Positions 1 to 8,365 of a stretch of DNA of 64,000 bases are shown piece by piece (the stretch's first letter is position 1; every line of letters begins with the position of its first letter). The stretch is from assembly GCA_035319735.1 (NCBI GenBank), contig DATHCD010000075.1:17154-81153 (forward strand), given 5' to 3'. Both the position numbers and the translations under genes were made by a program. A model generated the notes under the pieces. It had not been told where the DNA came from, did not search any database, and saw only the letters and a list, made by a program, of their open reading frames with translations. This DNA is from Xanthobacteraceae bacterium. Lineage in GTDB: Bacteria; Pseudomonadota; Alphaproteobacteria; Rhizobiales; Xanthobacteraceae.

Positions 1-183
1 ACGACGTGAACGGTGTGAATGACCAGCGCGCCGCGCTTGCGGCAGACTTCGGCGAGCCTGTTGATGCGCGGCAGGATCTCCCGACCGCGGGGCGCCGCGA
101 CCGGCGAGTTTTCGACGAAGCAATTCTGCATATCGATGTTGATAAGTGCGGTCCGACGCGGATCAAATCTGAAATCGGTCATG
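1..183 (-). CDS. Isochorismatase-family (cysteine hydrolase) protein, N-terminal 60 codons only; the gene continues past the window edge
   Basis: Missing from the ORF track because it runs off the edge. My reverse-strand translation from ATG 183..181 reads MTDFRFDPRRTALINIDMQNCFVENSPVAAPRGREILPRINRLAEVCRKRGALVIHTVHV. The ALIxIDMQNxF segment is the N-terminal signature of isochorismatase-like hydrolases. Confidence 0.7.
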
Positions 184-514
184 GTATTGCACCTTCTCAA
201 TGATGCCTAACGGGCCCGCGAGCCGTCTGCCGACATCGTGCAGAACGAGCCCGACAGAGAAGCTCAATGCGAGCGGCCCACATCAAGCATACCATGGGGC
301 CCAACACTGTCCACACGTCCGCGGCAGCGGAGCCGTCAGCCACGACCGGCGGTTGCCGTGCCTTTCGCTTCAAAACGCGTTATGGGGTCGAGGCTCCGGC
401 GCGCCGAATCTCGATCGGTCACGACGGCCCTCGCTTCTGCGCCAAGTGGTCATCAATTTAAGCGAGCAATGACCATGCTCAACTACATCCCGAAAATACT
501 GCGTTGCTCTGGAC

Positions 515-883
515 GTGACACTACGGGCGAACCGCGTACTGGCTTTGCCGCCTGAAGAAATGCGGCAACGGCAATTGGGGGCGCTGACTGCCTGGGCCAT
601 CGCGGGCGCCAAAGTTCAGCCGGTGGTGCTGGCATTCGAGGATTGGCATTGGGCTGATCCGACGACCCTCGATCTCCTGCGCGGTATTGCCGAACGAGGG
701 GCGCTGGCGTCTCTCTACGCCCTCGCAACCGCGCGGCCGGAGTTTCGGCCGCCTTGGAGCATGCGGTCCACACCACGCCACCATCTCGCTGGGGCCGCTC
801 GACTGACCAAGGAGCGGTGGCGGCAGTTGCAAGCGGCATCTCATCGCCAGAAATATGAGTATCGTATGATTGAGAATGATTAA
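515..883 (+). pseudogene. Internal fragment of a large AAA-ATPase / adenylate-cyclase-type regulator
   Basis: A 122-aa ORF. QPVVLAFEDWHWADPTTLDLL...ARPEFRPPW matches the conserved FEDxHWxDxxxLxLL ... RPEFxPPW core that follows the P-loop in ~1000-aa regulators of this class. There is no P-loop upstream and no TPR or HTH part downstream. Confidence 0.5.
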
Positions 884-1120
884 TAATGGGGTGCGGAACA
901 CCGCTACTGCACCAATCCTTTGGTTCGAGGCCCCTGCTCGCAAAGCGCACAGCAATGTCGGAATTTGGCATTCGGCGTCACGAAATTGCTGCAGCGCACT
1001 TAGTCCTGGCACAAATCGACGTTTGTGCCGCTGCGCCGTCATGTCTGAGATCGGGAGATAAACAGACCTCCTGCGGACAGCGCGCTACTTCGCCCTCTGG
1101 CCCGATTGAGACAACGGAAC

Positions 1121-1134
1121 CCCGCGGCCGCGGG
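1121..1134 (-). terminator. Possible GC-rich hairpin downstream of the ligase gene
   Basis: Perfect palindrome CCCGCGGCCGCGGG, 26 nt past the stop at 1160. On the minus strand it is followed by GTTCCGTTGTCTC. No clear U-tract. Confidence 0.25.
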
Positions 1135-1159
1135 TGCGTCAGGGCAAAGAGGCAGATCG

Positions 1160-2803
1160 TTACAATTCGCCCTCTCGCAACATGTCGCGTAGCCGGAACT
1201 TCTGGATCTTGCCGGATGGGGTGGCGGGCATCAGGTCGAGCAGGATCAGCTTCTCTGGAATGTACGGAACTGCGAGCTTCTGCGCCTTCAGGAAGTCCGA
1301 CATGCCCGCGAAGTCGATTGTCTTGCCGGGCTTGGGCACTATGACGGCGCAGGCGCGCTCGCCGAACCGTTCGTCCGGATAGGCGACGATGGCCACCTGC
1401 GCGACGGCGGGATGCTTGTAGAGCAACGCCTCGACTTCCACGACGGGGATGTTTTCGCCGCCACGAATAATGATGTCCTTGCTGCGGCCGCTGATGCGGA
1501 TGTAGCCGTTCGCATCCATATAGGCGAGGTCGCCCGTATCGAACCAGCCGTTGGCGTCCGTGGCGTTCCATTGCGGTCGCTTCAGATATCCACCGAAGTT
1601 CGAACAAGAACGCACGACGAGGTTGCCGATTTTGCCCGGCGGCAGCGTCTTTCCCTCCGCGTTGATCACCTGGACCTCGGCACCGGGCAGGGCGCAGCCG
1701 TCCGTCGTGAACGCCAGTCGATCGTCGTCATCGAGCTTGATCAGCGTGACGGCGCCATTCTCCGTCATGCCCCAAGCCGAGACGATCTTGGCGCCGAGCC
1801 CGGCGCGCGCCTGTTCCACGACCGGCCCCGGAATAGGCGCGCCGGCACACAAGAAGGTCTTAAGGGTCGGTACGCCCTGTCCGCTTTCAGCGACGACGCG
1901 CGTGAGGTCAGTCAGGAACGGTGTCGAGGCCATCGTGAAGGTGACGTTCTGCGTGCGGATGAGATCGGCCGCCTTCGCTGAATCCCAGACGTCCTGAAGA
2001 ATGGCGCTCGCCTTCAACATGATCGGCATCATCAGCCCGTACATGAAGCCAGTTTGGTGGGCCATCGGCGAGGCCATCAGGACGATGTCGTCCGCGCTCA
2101 ACCGCAGGCGCTGCGCATAGGGGATGATGTTGGCCATTAGCGTATTGGCCGAATGCATCACGCCCTTCGGCTCGCCTGTCGTGCCGGAGGTGTAAATCAA
2201 CTGCGTGATGTCGTCTGGGCCCGGACGGTTCTTTGTCAGCATCGTCAGAGCGTTCGGATCTTTCTCCCACTCCGGTCTCGTCAGCAGCGTCTCAAAATCA
2301 TCCGCGCGGCCGCCGTCGACTACGACGACCCGCTGGAGAGACGGCAGCGTCGGCTGGAGCGCCCGCGCCATTGCCTCGTGATCAAAGTTGCGGAAGGTCT
2401 TCGGAACGATTAGGACTTTCGCTTCGCCGTGCTTGAGCATGAACGACAGTTCGCGCTCCCTGAATATCGGCATCAGCGGATTGAGCACCGCACCGATGCG
2501 CGAACAGGCGAGATAAAGCACGCTGAATTGCCACCAGTTCGGCAATTGTATTGCGACTACGTCGTTGCGGCCTACGCCGAGCCGCGAAAGACCGACGGCT
2601 ATACGATCGGCGAGTCCGGCAAGTTCACGATAGGTGAACCGGCGGACGTCTCCTGTGTCGAGACGGACTGCTGTTAGAGCGATCTTGTCAGGGCATTCCG
2701 TAACGCATGTGTCGAGATCCTGATTGATTGTCCGGTCATGCCAGTAGCCACGTGCGATGCTCTCGGCGCGGCGCGGCGGCAACAATACAGCGTCGAATTC
2801 CAT
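1160..2803 (-). CDS. AMP-dependent acyl-CoA ligase, AliA-like (cyclohexanecarboxylate-CoA ligase type), paralogue 1
   Basis: ORF 1160..2983, trimmed to the internal ATG at 2803, which is preceded by GAGGGAAGGGAAC. Motifs: YTSGTTGEPKGV (AMP-binding), QLPNWWQF, GWFDTGDLAYMDANGYIRISGRSKDIIIRGGENIP, SGKIQKF. Confidence 0.9.
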   Translation of the reverse strand: MEFDAVLLPPRRAESIARGYWHDRTINQDLDTCVTECPDKIALTAVRLDTGDVRRFTYRELAGLADRIAVGLSRLGVGRNDVVAIQLPNWWQFSVLYLACSRIGAVLNPLMPIFRERELSFMLKHGEAKVLIVPKTFRNFDHEAMARALQPTLPSLQRVVVVDGGRADDFETLLTRPEWEKDPNALTMLTKNRPGPDDITQLIYTSGTTGEPKGVMHSANTLMANIIPYAQRLRLSADDIVLMASPMAHQTGFMYGLMMPIMLKASAILQDVWDSAKAADLIRTQNVTFTMASTPFLTDLTRVVAESGQGVPTLKTFLCAGAPIPGPVVEQARAGLGAKIVSAWGMTENGAVTLIKLDDDDRLAFTTDGCALPGAEVQVINAEGKTLPPGKIGNLVVRSCSNFGGYLKRPQWNATDANGWFDTGDLAYMDANGYIRISGRSKDIIIRGGENIPVVEVEALLYKHPAVAQVAIVAYPDERFGERACAVIVPKPGKTIDFAGMSDFLKAQKLAVPYIPEKLILLDLMPATPSGKIQKFRLRDMLREGEL

Positions 2804-2986
2804 GTTCCCTTCCCTCTGTCTGAAATGGTTGATCAATTGGACATCGCCAACTGCAACCGCCGCCCGGTACCGCAGATCCTCGGGTTTACGCGCGAGCATA
2901 GCATCGTAGAAGCCGACATCCGAGATTTGATCTAGATGGTAGTGCCTCAGTTTGAAATTCAGGCGCCCGAGAAAACTCCTCATTGA

Positions 2987-3283
2987 TTGCCAAAAATTTC
3001 AAAATGCGTCACTACCGCAGATACTCTCTTCTTGATCTTTGCGGGATTGCTGTTTGCGGCGCTGCTCGATTCGTGCACGCGCGGGCTTGCCAGAGTCTTG
3101 CCGATTGGCCGCGGTTGGAACTTGGCGATCGTCTGCCTTGGTTTTGCCGTTGCCATTCTCGGATTGCTTTTCTGGAGCGGCTACAGCATTGCCTTGCAGC
3201 CCGCGTCGGCGTCAACTACAAATTCGGCGGCCCGCCTTGATCGGGTGCATGAATTACTCTCGCCCCGCGGGAGAGGCAGCTGA
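2987..3283 (+). pseudogene. Possible remnant of an AI-2E (PerM) family transporter
   Basis: A 98-aa ORF. LFLIFAGLLFAALLDSCTRGLARVLPIGRGWNLAIVCLGFAVAILGLLFW resembles the early TM2-loop-TM3 part of AI-2E transporters. The rest of the ~350-aa protein is absent. Confidence 0.35.
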
Positions 3284-3290
3284 AGTAGGT

Positions 3291-4073
3291 CTAGAATTTC
3301 CAGTTGACGCCGGCGCGAACAACACTCTCGGTGAAGGAGACGGCAGCGTTTGTCGGCGGATTGGCTGTCGCTGTGGTCCCTGTGGCCTTAAAGACATATC
3401 CGCAGCTCGCGATCGCGTTGCAGGCTCCACTGCTGCCCAGGTCGACATAGAGGTACTCGACCTTGGCGCTGAGGTTTTGCGTGAGCGCGACTTCGACGCC
3501 GGCGCCGACGGTCCAGCCCCATTCCGTCGAGCTCTGAAGCGGCAAACTGGTCAAGCCGGCTTCGACACTGCCGGCGGCGGCGCCACCCGTGGCAAAGACG
3601 AGAATGCGGTCCATCGCAACACCGGCGCGCACGCGCGCCGTGGCCAGCCAATCGCTTTTCGTCTGGCAACTGAGGCCCGCCGCGGCGCCCGGCGGGGCGG
3701 CCGCGCCACCCGCCGCCGTGGTCGCAAAAACTGTGGCACAAGCGGCTGTGCTGCCGCCGAGGTCCTGCCAGTCGCCATCGACCTCGACGCCCAACACGAA
3801 CGCGTTCATCTCGTAATTGGCGCCGAACGTGCCGCCGATAAAAAAGCCGTCGGTGCTGAAGCTGCCAGTCGATCCGCCGGACGCGCTCCAGTTGCTGTTG
3901 CCAAAACCGTAGCCGCCATTGAGGCCAATATAGAAGCCGCCCCAATTGTAGGTCGGCTCTGCCATGGGCACGTAGGTCGCGCGCGGGGGCGGTGCCGGCT
4001 GCGGCAGATCGGCCGCGAGCGCGCCGCCCGCGGCCGCAAGCGACAGCACAACTGAAACAATGATCCGCTTCAT
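3291..4073 (-). CDS. Outer-membrane beta-barrel protein (Omp25/RopB/OmpA-like porin family)
   Basis: Signal peptide MKRIIVSVVLSLAAAGGALAA. YNWGGFYIGLNGGYGFG start, alternating Gly/aromatic beta-strand pattern, C-terminal ...RAGVNWKF ending in Phe. Confidence 0.85.
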   Translation of the reverse strand: MKRIIVSVVLSLAAAGGALAADLPQPAPPPRATYVPMAEPTYNWGGFYIGLNGGYGFGNSNWSASGGSTGSFSTDGFFIGGTFGANYEMNAFVLGVEVDGDWQDLGGSTAACATVFATTAAGGAAAPPGAAAGLSCQTKSDWLATARVRAGVAMDRILVFATGGAAAGSVEAGLTSLPLQSSTEWGWTVGAGVEVALTQNLSAKVEYLYVDLGSSGACNAIASCGYVFKATGTTATANPPTNAAVSFTESVVRAGVNWKF

Positions 4074-4134
4074 CGGATGCTCCGATCCCGCCTTGCTAAC
4101 GGGCGACGACGAGCGTTATGCCGTGCAGAGCGAC

Positions 4135-4389
4135 TCAACAGTGCGGCGCGAAACACAGTCCGCTCGGCTCATAGCAGCGAGGAAACGGAATCGGCGTCGA
4201 CTGACCATTGTTGCAAACATAAACCTGACACCATTGGAACTGGTCGCAGTCGGCGATGCAGCGCCCGGCTGGCTGCGCGCAGGGCCCAGCCATTCGGTGC
4301 ATGCTGCGCTTTGCCGCCAGAGCAGGTGATAACGCCACCATCGCGATTGCCGCACACAGCACAATTTGCGCTCCGCATTTGATGAACAT
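4135..4389 (-). CDS. Small secreted cysteine-rich protein (84 aa precursor, 8 Cys in the ~57-aa mature part), unknown function
   Basis: ATG at 4389 preceded by GGGGAGGA. Signal peptide MFIKCGAQIVLCAAIAMVALSPALAA. Mature part: KRSMHRMAGPCAQPAGRCIADCDQFQWCQVYVCNNGQSTPIPFPRCYEPSGLCFAPHC. Confidence 0.6.
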   Translation of the reverse strand: MFIKCGAQIVLCAAIAMVALSPALAAKRSMHRMAGPCAQPAGRCIADCDQFQWCQVYVCNNGQSTPIPFPRCYEPSGLCFAPHC

Positions 4390-4626
4390 ACCATCCTCCC
4401 CGTCATCCTGTCATAGTCACTGTCGCATGACCGGCAGCGTTCCTACAAGGGAATTCACAAGGCGCTCGATGCGTCGAAAATCGCGCTTCGCGCTCGATCG
4501 CCTCAGCCGGTATGAAATAACCCTTTGGCGCCAGGTCGCCCAGACATTATTTGCGCTCGACTGCTTAGATGCCGCAAGGCACAGGAGAGACGGCATATAT
4601 CGCAGCGTTGACACGAAAGGCGCGAC

Positions 4627-5400
4627 CTAATTGGCATAGGTCTCGACGAGCTTTTGGCACTCGTTGACGTAGATCGGCTGTCTGTTGCCCGGCACTTTTT
4701 TCTCGATATCGCGGGCGCATCTCTCGATGAGATCGACGTGCGGCTCCGATTTCAAGGAGCCTGATAGATCGTGCATTTCCTCGATCATCGCATAGCAAAA
4801 TGCACTGGTTGTCCAGAACAGCGAATGTCCGATGCTGCAGTGAACGGTTTTGTTGGGCTGCACCAATGACGCGGTTCGCATTTCTTCCAATTCCTTTGCC
4901 GCCTGCGCGGCAGCGGCTTCGCGTTTCGCCGCCTCTTCCTTGCGAGCGGCTTCCCGATGATCGCGATCCGCGTCCGTCTCCCACTTGGCATCGCGCACGG
5001 CGTAGCCGGTCATGCGTCCATCGCCATTGGTCTTCACATCGGCGACAACTTGCACGGTGCCCGGACCATTCGGGCCGTCGACGGTCTTGAGGACGCCGTG
5101 GCAGCTGAACATGCCGTCGCTGCCCGCGATCGTTTTCAGTTCGGCAGCCGAGGTCACGCGGGCAGGCGGCCCTTCAGATGTGCCAACCTTGTTGTTGAGA
5201 ATGGTGACAATGCTCTGTCTTACGTCGGATGTTTGGCAGCGTTCGCTCGGCGAGTTGGCAAAGGCGGCCATCGGGCCATCCGCCCAGCTGCCGTCGTGGA
5301 TTCCGGAAAGAGCGCAGGCGTTCAAGGACAACAGGCTCACGCATTGGGCGATTTGCAGAACACGACAGCTGCGCTGCACCGTGCCGGCGTGTGAGGTCAT
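4627..5400 (-). CDS. Hypothetical exported protein or lipoprotein candidate with a central charged coiled segment
   Basis: ORF 4627..5655. Start tentatively placed at the internal ATG 5400 (MTSHAGTVQRSCRVLQIAQCVSLLSLNACALSG, hydrophobic leader with an LNAC lipobox-like site). The C-terminal half is K/E/I/N-rich and protein-like, unlike the Arg/Ala/Pro-rich spurious frames. No clear RBS, so the start is uncertain. Confidence 0.45.
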   Translation of the reverse strand: MTSHAGTVQRSCRVLQIAQCVSLLSLNACALSGIHDGSWADGPMAAFANSPSERCQTSDVRQSIVTILNNKVGTSEGPPARVTSAAELKTIAGSDGMFSCHGVLKTVDGPNGPGTVQVVADVKTNGDGRMTGYAVRDAKWETDADRDHREAARKEEAAKREAAAAQAAKELEEMRTASLVQPNKTVHCSIGHSLFWTTSAFCYAMIEEMHDLSGSLKSEPHVDLIERCARDIEKKVPGNRQPIYVNECQKLVETYAN

Positions 5401-5714
5401 TGCTGCGATGGCCCGAAATTTATCGATTGCGCGAATTCCCCCGCGACCGAGGCCGGCGGACGGCATGGGCTTGCATGACGTCGCGCCAAAGCCCGGTCGC
5501 TTACGCGGTGACGGCGAGGCTTGCGGCAGCATGGTTAATGGGCGGTTAACCAACGAAAAAACAAATTTCCCCCGGATAAAGGCGGCCGGGGATGAGGCAC
5601 TCAGGCGACCATGGCCTGCGCGTGACAGGCGAAGGCGTGGGGGTTGTGCAACCAACCTTGATTAAAGCAAGGAAGGCGCTGAGGCGCACGGTGGCGCCTG
5701 CCAGAGGAGTCCCG

Positions 5715-6611
5715 GTGACATTACGCACTCGCATTGCCACAATTTGCTTCGCGGTCGCTTTGCTGCACGTGGCGACCGACGCCGGCTTCGGATGTGCGAA
5801 CGCCCAGGAGCGGCTGGAGGCGACCTATACGGCGACGCTTCTCGGTGCTCCGATCGGCAACGTCTTTTGGACAATCGACGTTCGGCAAAACGAATTCTCG
5901 GCGTCGCCCAGCGGCGGGACATCAGGTCTGCTGCACGTTTTCGACGACGGCCGAGGCACGGGCGCGGCGCACGGTGCCGTCTCCGCGGGACAGCCGATCG
6001 CCTCGACCTTTTCCATCAGCATGTTTTCCGGCGACTGGTCCGAACAGCTGCAGGTCTTGTTCAGCGGCGGCAAGGCCAAGGAACATTTTTTCAGTGAGCC
6101 GCCGCCGCCGAATCCAGACCTGGTGCCGCTCACGGAGGCGCACCGCACAGGCGTCGTCGATCCGATCACGGCATTACTGATCCGCATTCCCGGCGGCGGC
6201 GACGTTTTCGTGCCGGAAGCGTGCGAACGCACCCTCGCGATCTTCGACGGTCACACACGATACGATCTAACGCTCGCCTTCAAACGGCTGGACAATGTGA
6301 AGACAGACGAGGGCTACCAAGGCACGGTGGTGGTCTGCTCGGTTCGCTTCTTCCCGCTGGCCGGTTACGACCCGGACCGTGTGCTCATTAAATATCTGGC
6401 GGAACAGCCCGACATAGAAATGTGGCTTGCGCCACTTGCGGATAGCCGGCTGCTTGTACCGTACCGGATTTCGATCCCGACGCCGATTGGGCTCGGCGTC
6501 GTGCAGGCGACTAGGTTCGTCGCCGCCGCGAATCCGGCACGACGTCGCGCGAACGGCTGGATCGGTGGAACGCTTAGCCGAAGCGAAACGCCGACTCCAC
6601 CGCGCCCATGA
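5715..6611 (+). CDS. DUF3108-like periplasmic protein
   Basis: ORF 5592..6611. GTG 5715 is preceded by AGAGGAG. Leader VTLRTRIATICFAVALLHVATDAGFGCANAQ. ATYTATLLGAPIG...YDLTLAFKRL...VVCSVRFFPLAGY resembles alphaproteobacterial DUF3108 proteins, as I remember the family. Confidence 0.6.
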   Translation: MTLRTRIATICFAVALLHVATDAGFGCANAQERLEATYTATLLGAPIGNVFWTIDVRQNEFSASPSGGTSGLLHVFDDGRGTGAAHGAVSAGQPIASTFSISMFSGDWSEQLQVLFSGGKAKEHFFSEPPPPNPDLVPLTEAHRTGVVDPITALLIRIPGGGDVFVPEACERTLAIFDGHTRYDLTLAFKRLDNVKTDEGYQGTVVVCSVRFFPLAGYDPDRVLIKYLAEQPDIEMWLAPLADSRLLVPYRISIPTPIGLGVVQATRFVAAANPARRRANGWIGGTLSRSETPTPPRP

Positions 6612-7389
6612 CCACGTCCTTGAGCGTCCGGCGCCCCGGATCGCCGCCGGCGGCGCCGACCGCGACGTGAAGCGGCAGCAAATGTTCCTCGCGCGGATGG
6701 GCGTCGCGGGCGGAAGGCGCCTTGTCCCACGCGACGAGCGCCGCGGCGCGCGCCTCGGGCGTCGCCGTGGTCAGCACCTCCTCGAGCCAGTCGTCGAAGC
6801 GTTGCGAGCCGGCGTCCGGGGTGCGGCCGCCGCCGCGCATGTTCGCCATCAGCGTGCGCATGTTGTGATAGCTCATGCCGCTGCCGACGATCAGCACGCC
6901 TTCATCGCGCAGCGGCGCCAGCGCCCGGCCGAGCGCGATATGCGCTGCCGGGTCCATGCTCGCCAACAGCGAGAGCTGCACGATCGGCACGTCGGCGCGC
7001 GGGAAAGCAACTTTCAGCGGGATGAAGACGCCATGATCGAAGCCGCGGGCGTGGTCGTATTTCCACGCGATGCCCGCCGCGCCCAGCAATTCGGCGACGC
7101 GCGCGGCAACGTCCGGGGCTCCGGGAGCGGGAAAGGTGATCTGATAGGTGCTCGGCGGAAAGCCGTAATAGTCGTAGAGCAGCGGCGGCGACGGATTGTT
7201 CTGGATGGTGGCGACGTCCTCCTCCCAATGGCCGGAAATCACCACCATCGCCTTCGGCCGCATCTCCAGATCCTCGGGCACGCGGCGCAGATAATCGGCC
7301 ATGCGGTCCCAGGTGTCGGGCGGATCCCAATCCATGAAGAAACACGGGCCGCCGCCATGCGGTATGAAAAGTGTGGGCAGTCTCGCCAT
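6574..7389 (-). CDS. Class III extradiol ring-cleavage dioxygenase, 4,5-DOPA dioxygenase (YgiD/DODA) family
   Basis: ATG 7389 preceded by GGAGG. Matches E. coli YgiD landmarks: FIPHGGGP, VISGHW, FPAPGAP, GFDHGVFIPL, PIVQLS, RDEGVLIVGSGMSYHN, REEHLLPL. Confidence 0.9.
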   Translation of the reverse strand: MARLPTLFIPHGGGPCFFMDWDPPDTWDRMADYLRRVPEDLEMRPKAMVVISGHWEEDVATIQNNPSPPLLYDYYGFPPSTYQITFPAPGAPDVAARVAELLGAAGIAWKYDHARGFDHGVFIPLKVAFPRADVPIVQLSLLASMDPAAHIALGRALAPLRDEGVLIVGSGMSYHNMRTLMANMRGGGRTPDAGSQRFDDWLEEVLTTATPEARAAALVAWDKAPSARDAHPREEHLLPLHVAVGAAGGDPGRRTLKDVVMGAVESAFRFG

Positions 7390-7418
7390 GTCCAAGCCTC
7401 CCGTCGGAGTGTCCGTCT

Positions 7419-8195
7419 TCAATCATCGAGGATCGCCACGGTGCGCGTCCAACCCGCCGACGCCCGCGTAACCTTGACCGGAAAAGTCGCGACCATGAAG
7501 CCGTCCGGCGGCAGCTTCTCCAGATTGTGCAGTTTCTCGATCTGGCAGTAGCCGCGTTCGCGCCCGGCCTTGTGTCCTTCCCAGATCATGCTCGGATCGC
7601 GGCTCTGTTGAAAGCGCGCGGCGGTATGCACGAAAGGAGCGTCCCAGCTCCACGCATCGGTCCCGACCACCCGAACGCCGCGTTCGGCGAGATACAGCGT
7701 CCCCTCGCGTCCGACCCCGCAGCCGCTGTTGAAATACTCGGGTCTGCCGTAGACCGCGCCGGCGCGCGTATTCACCAGCACGATCTCGAGCGGCTTCAGC
7801 GCGTGGCCGATGCGCTTGAGCTCCGTCTCGATGTCGGCCGCGCCCGCCACATAGCCGTCCGGAAAATGGCGGAAGTCCAGCTTCACGCCCGGCTGGAAGC
7901 ACCACTCGAGCGGCACCTCATCGATCGTAATCGCCGGTTTGCCGCCGTCCATCGTCGAGTGATAATGCCAGGGCGCGTCGACATGCGTGCCGGAGTGGGT
8001 GGAGAGCTCGACGTTCTCGACCGCCCAACCTTCGCCATCCGGCAGGTCGTTTGGTTTCAATCCGGGAAAGAAGGCGCAAACGTCCGGCGCCGTCTCCTTG
8101 TGCGCGCGATATTGGATCTTCGGCCGCATCGGCGGCGGATCGGTGACGATCTCGCTGTCGACGGCGATGGACAGATCGACGAAGCGGCGTGTCAT
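7419..8195 (-). CDS. Cyclase-family protein (kynurenine-formamidase-like fold)
   Basis: ATG 8195 preceded by GGGAGGAG. STHSGTHVDAPWHY matches the HxGTHxDxPxH metal-binding signature of the cyclase/formamidase family. Confidence 0.85.
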   Translation of the reverse strand: MTRRFVDLSIAVDSEIVTDPPPMRPKIQYRAHKETAPDVCAFFPGLKPNDLPDGEGWAVENVELSTHSGTHVDAPWHYHSTMDGGKPAITIDEVPLEWCFQPGVKLDFRHFPDGYVAGAADIETELKRIGHALKPLEIVLVNTRAGAVYGRPEYFNSGCGVGREGTLYLAERGVRVVGTDAWSWDAPFVHTAARFQQSRDPSMIWEGHKAGRERGYCQIEKLHNLEKLPPDGFMVATFPVKVTRASAGWTRTVAILDD

Positions 8196-8365
8196 TGTAA
8201 ACTCCTCCCGGAGGGGCGCAGTCGCCACGGCGGCATGGATGCGCTGCTATGATTGCTGGCGCCAGGTGCGGCCACGGAGCGCGTGCCGCATTTGCGTCGC
8301 AACAATATTTAACCGCCGAGCCGCGACGCTGGAGCGCGATCGGTTCAACCTGATGCGATTGCGCG

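Noticed and set aside
2951-3003. TTTGAAAT ... ATTTCAAA 8-bp inverted arms, 37 nt apart, upstream of ligase paralogue 1.
   Set aside because: The spacing is too long for a typical operator, and the region also overlaps the transporter-remnant ORF. It is mentioned under the ATTTC/GAAAT motif finding and not called as a feature.
4256-4630. A + strand ORF whose 3' part (from about 4427, MTGSVPTREFTRRSMRRKSRFALDRLSRYEITLWRQ...) lies in the 238-bp gap between two minus-strand genes.
   Set aside because: No RBS, no recognisable family, very basic composition, and its 5' half is antisense to the Cys-rich gene. A small gene cannot be excluded, but nothing supports one.
6574-6611. A 38-bp convergent overlap of the DUF3108-like and dioxygenase 3' ends.
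   Set aside because: Probably just a slightly over-long C-terminus on one gene. The last ~12 codons of the DUF3108-like ORF are Pro/Thr/Arg-rich. I see no evidence of functional antisense regulation.
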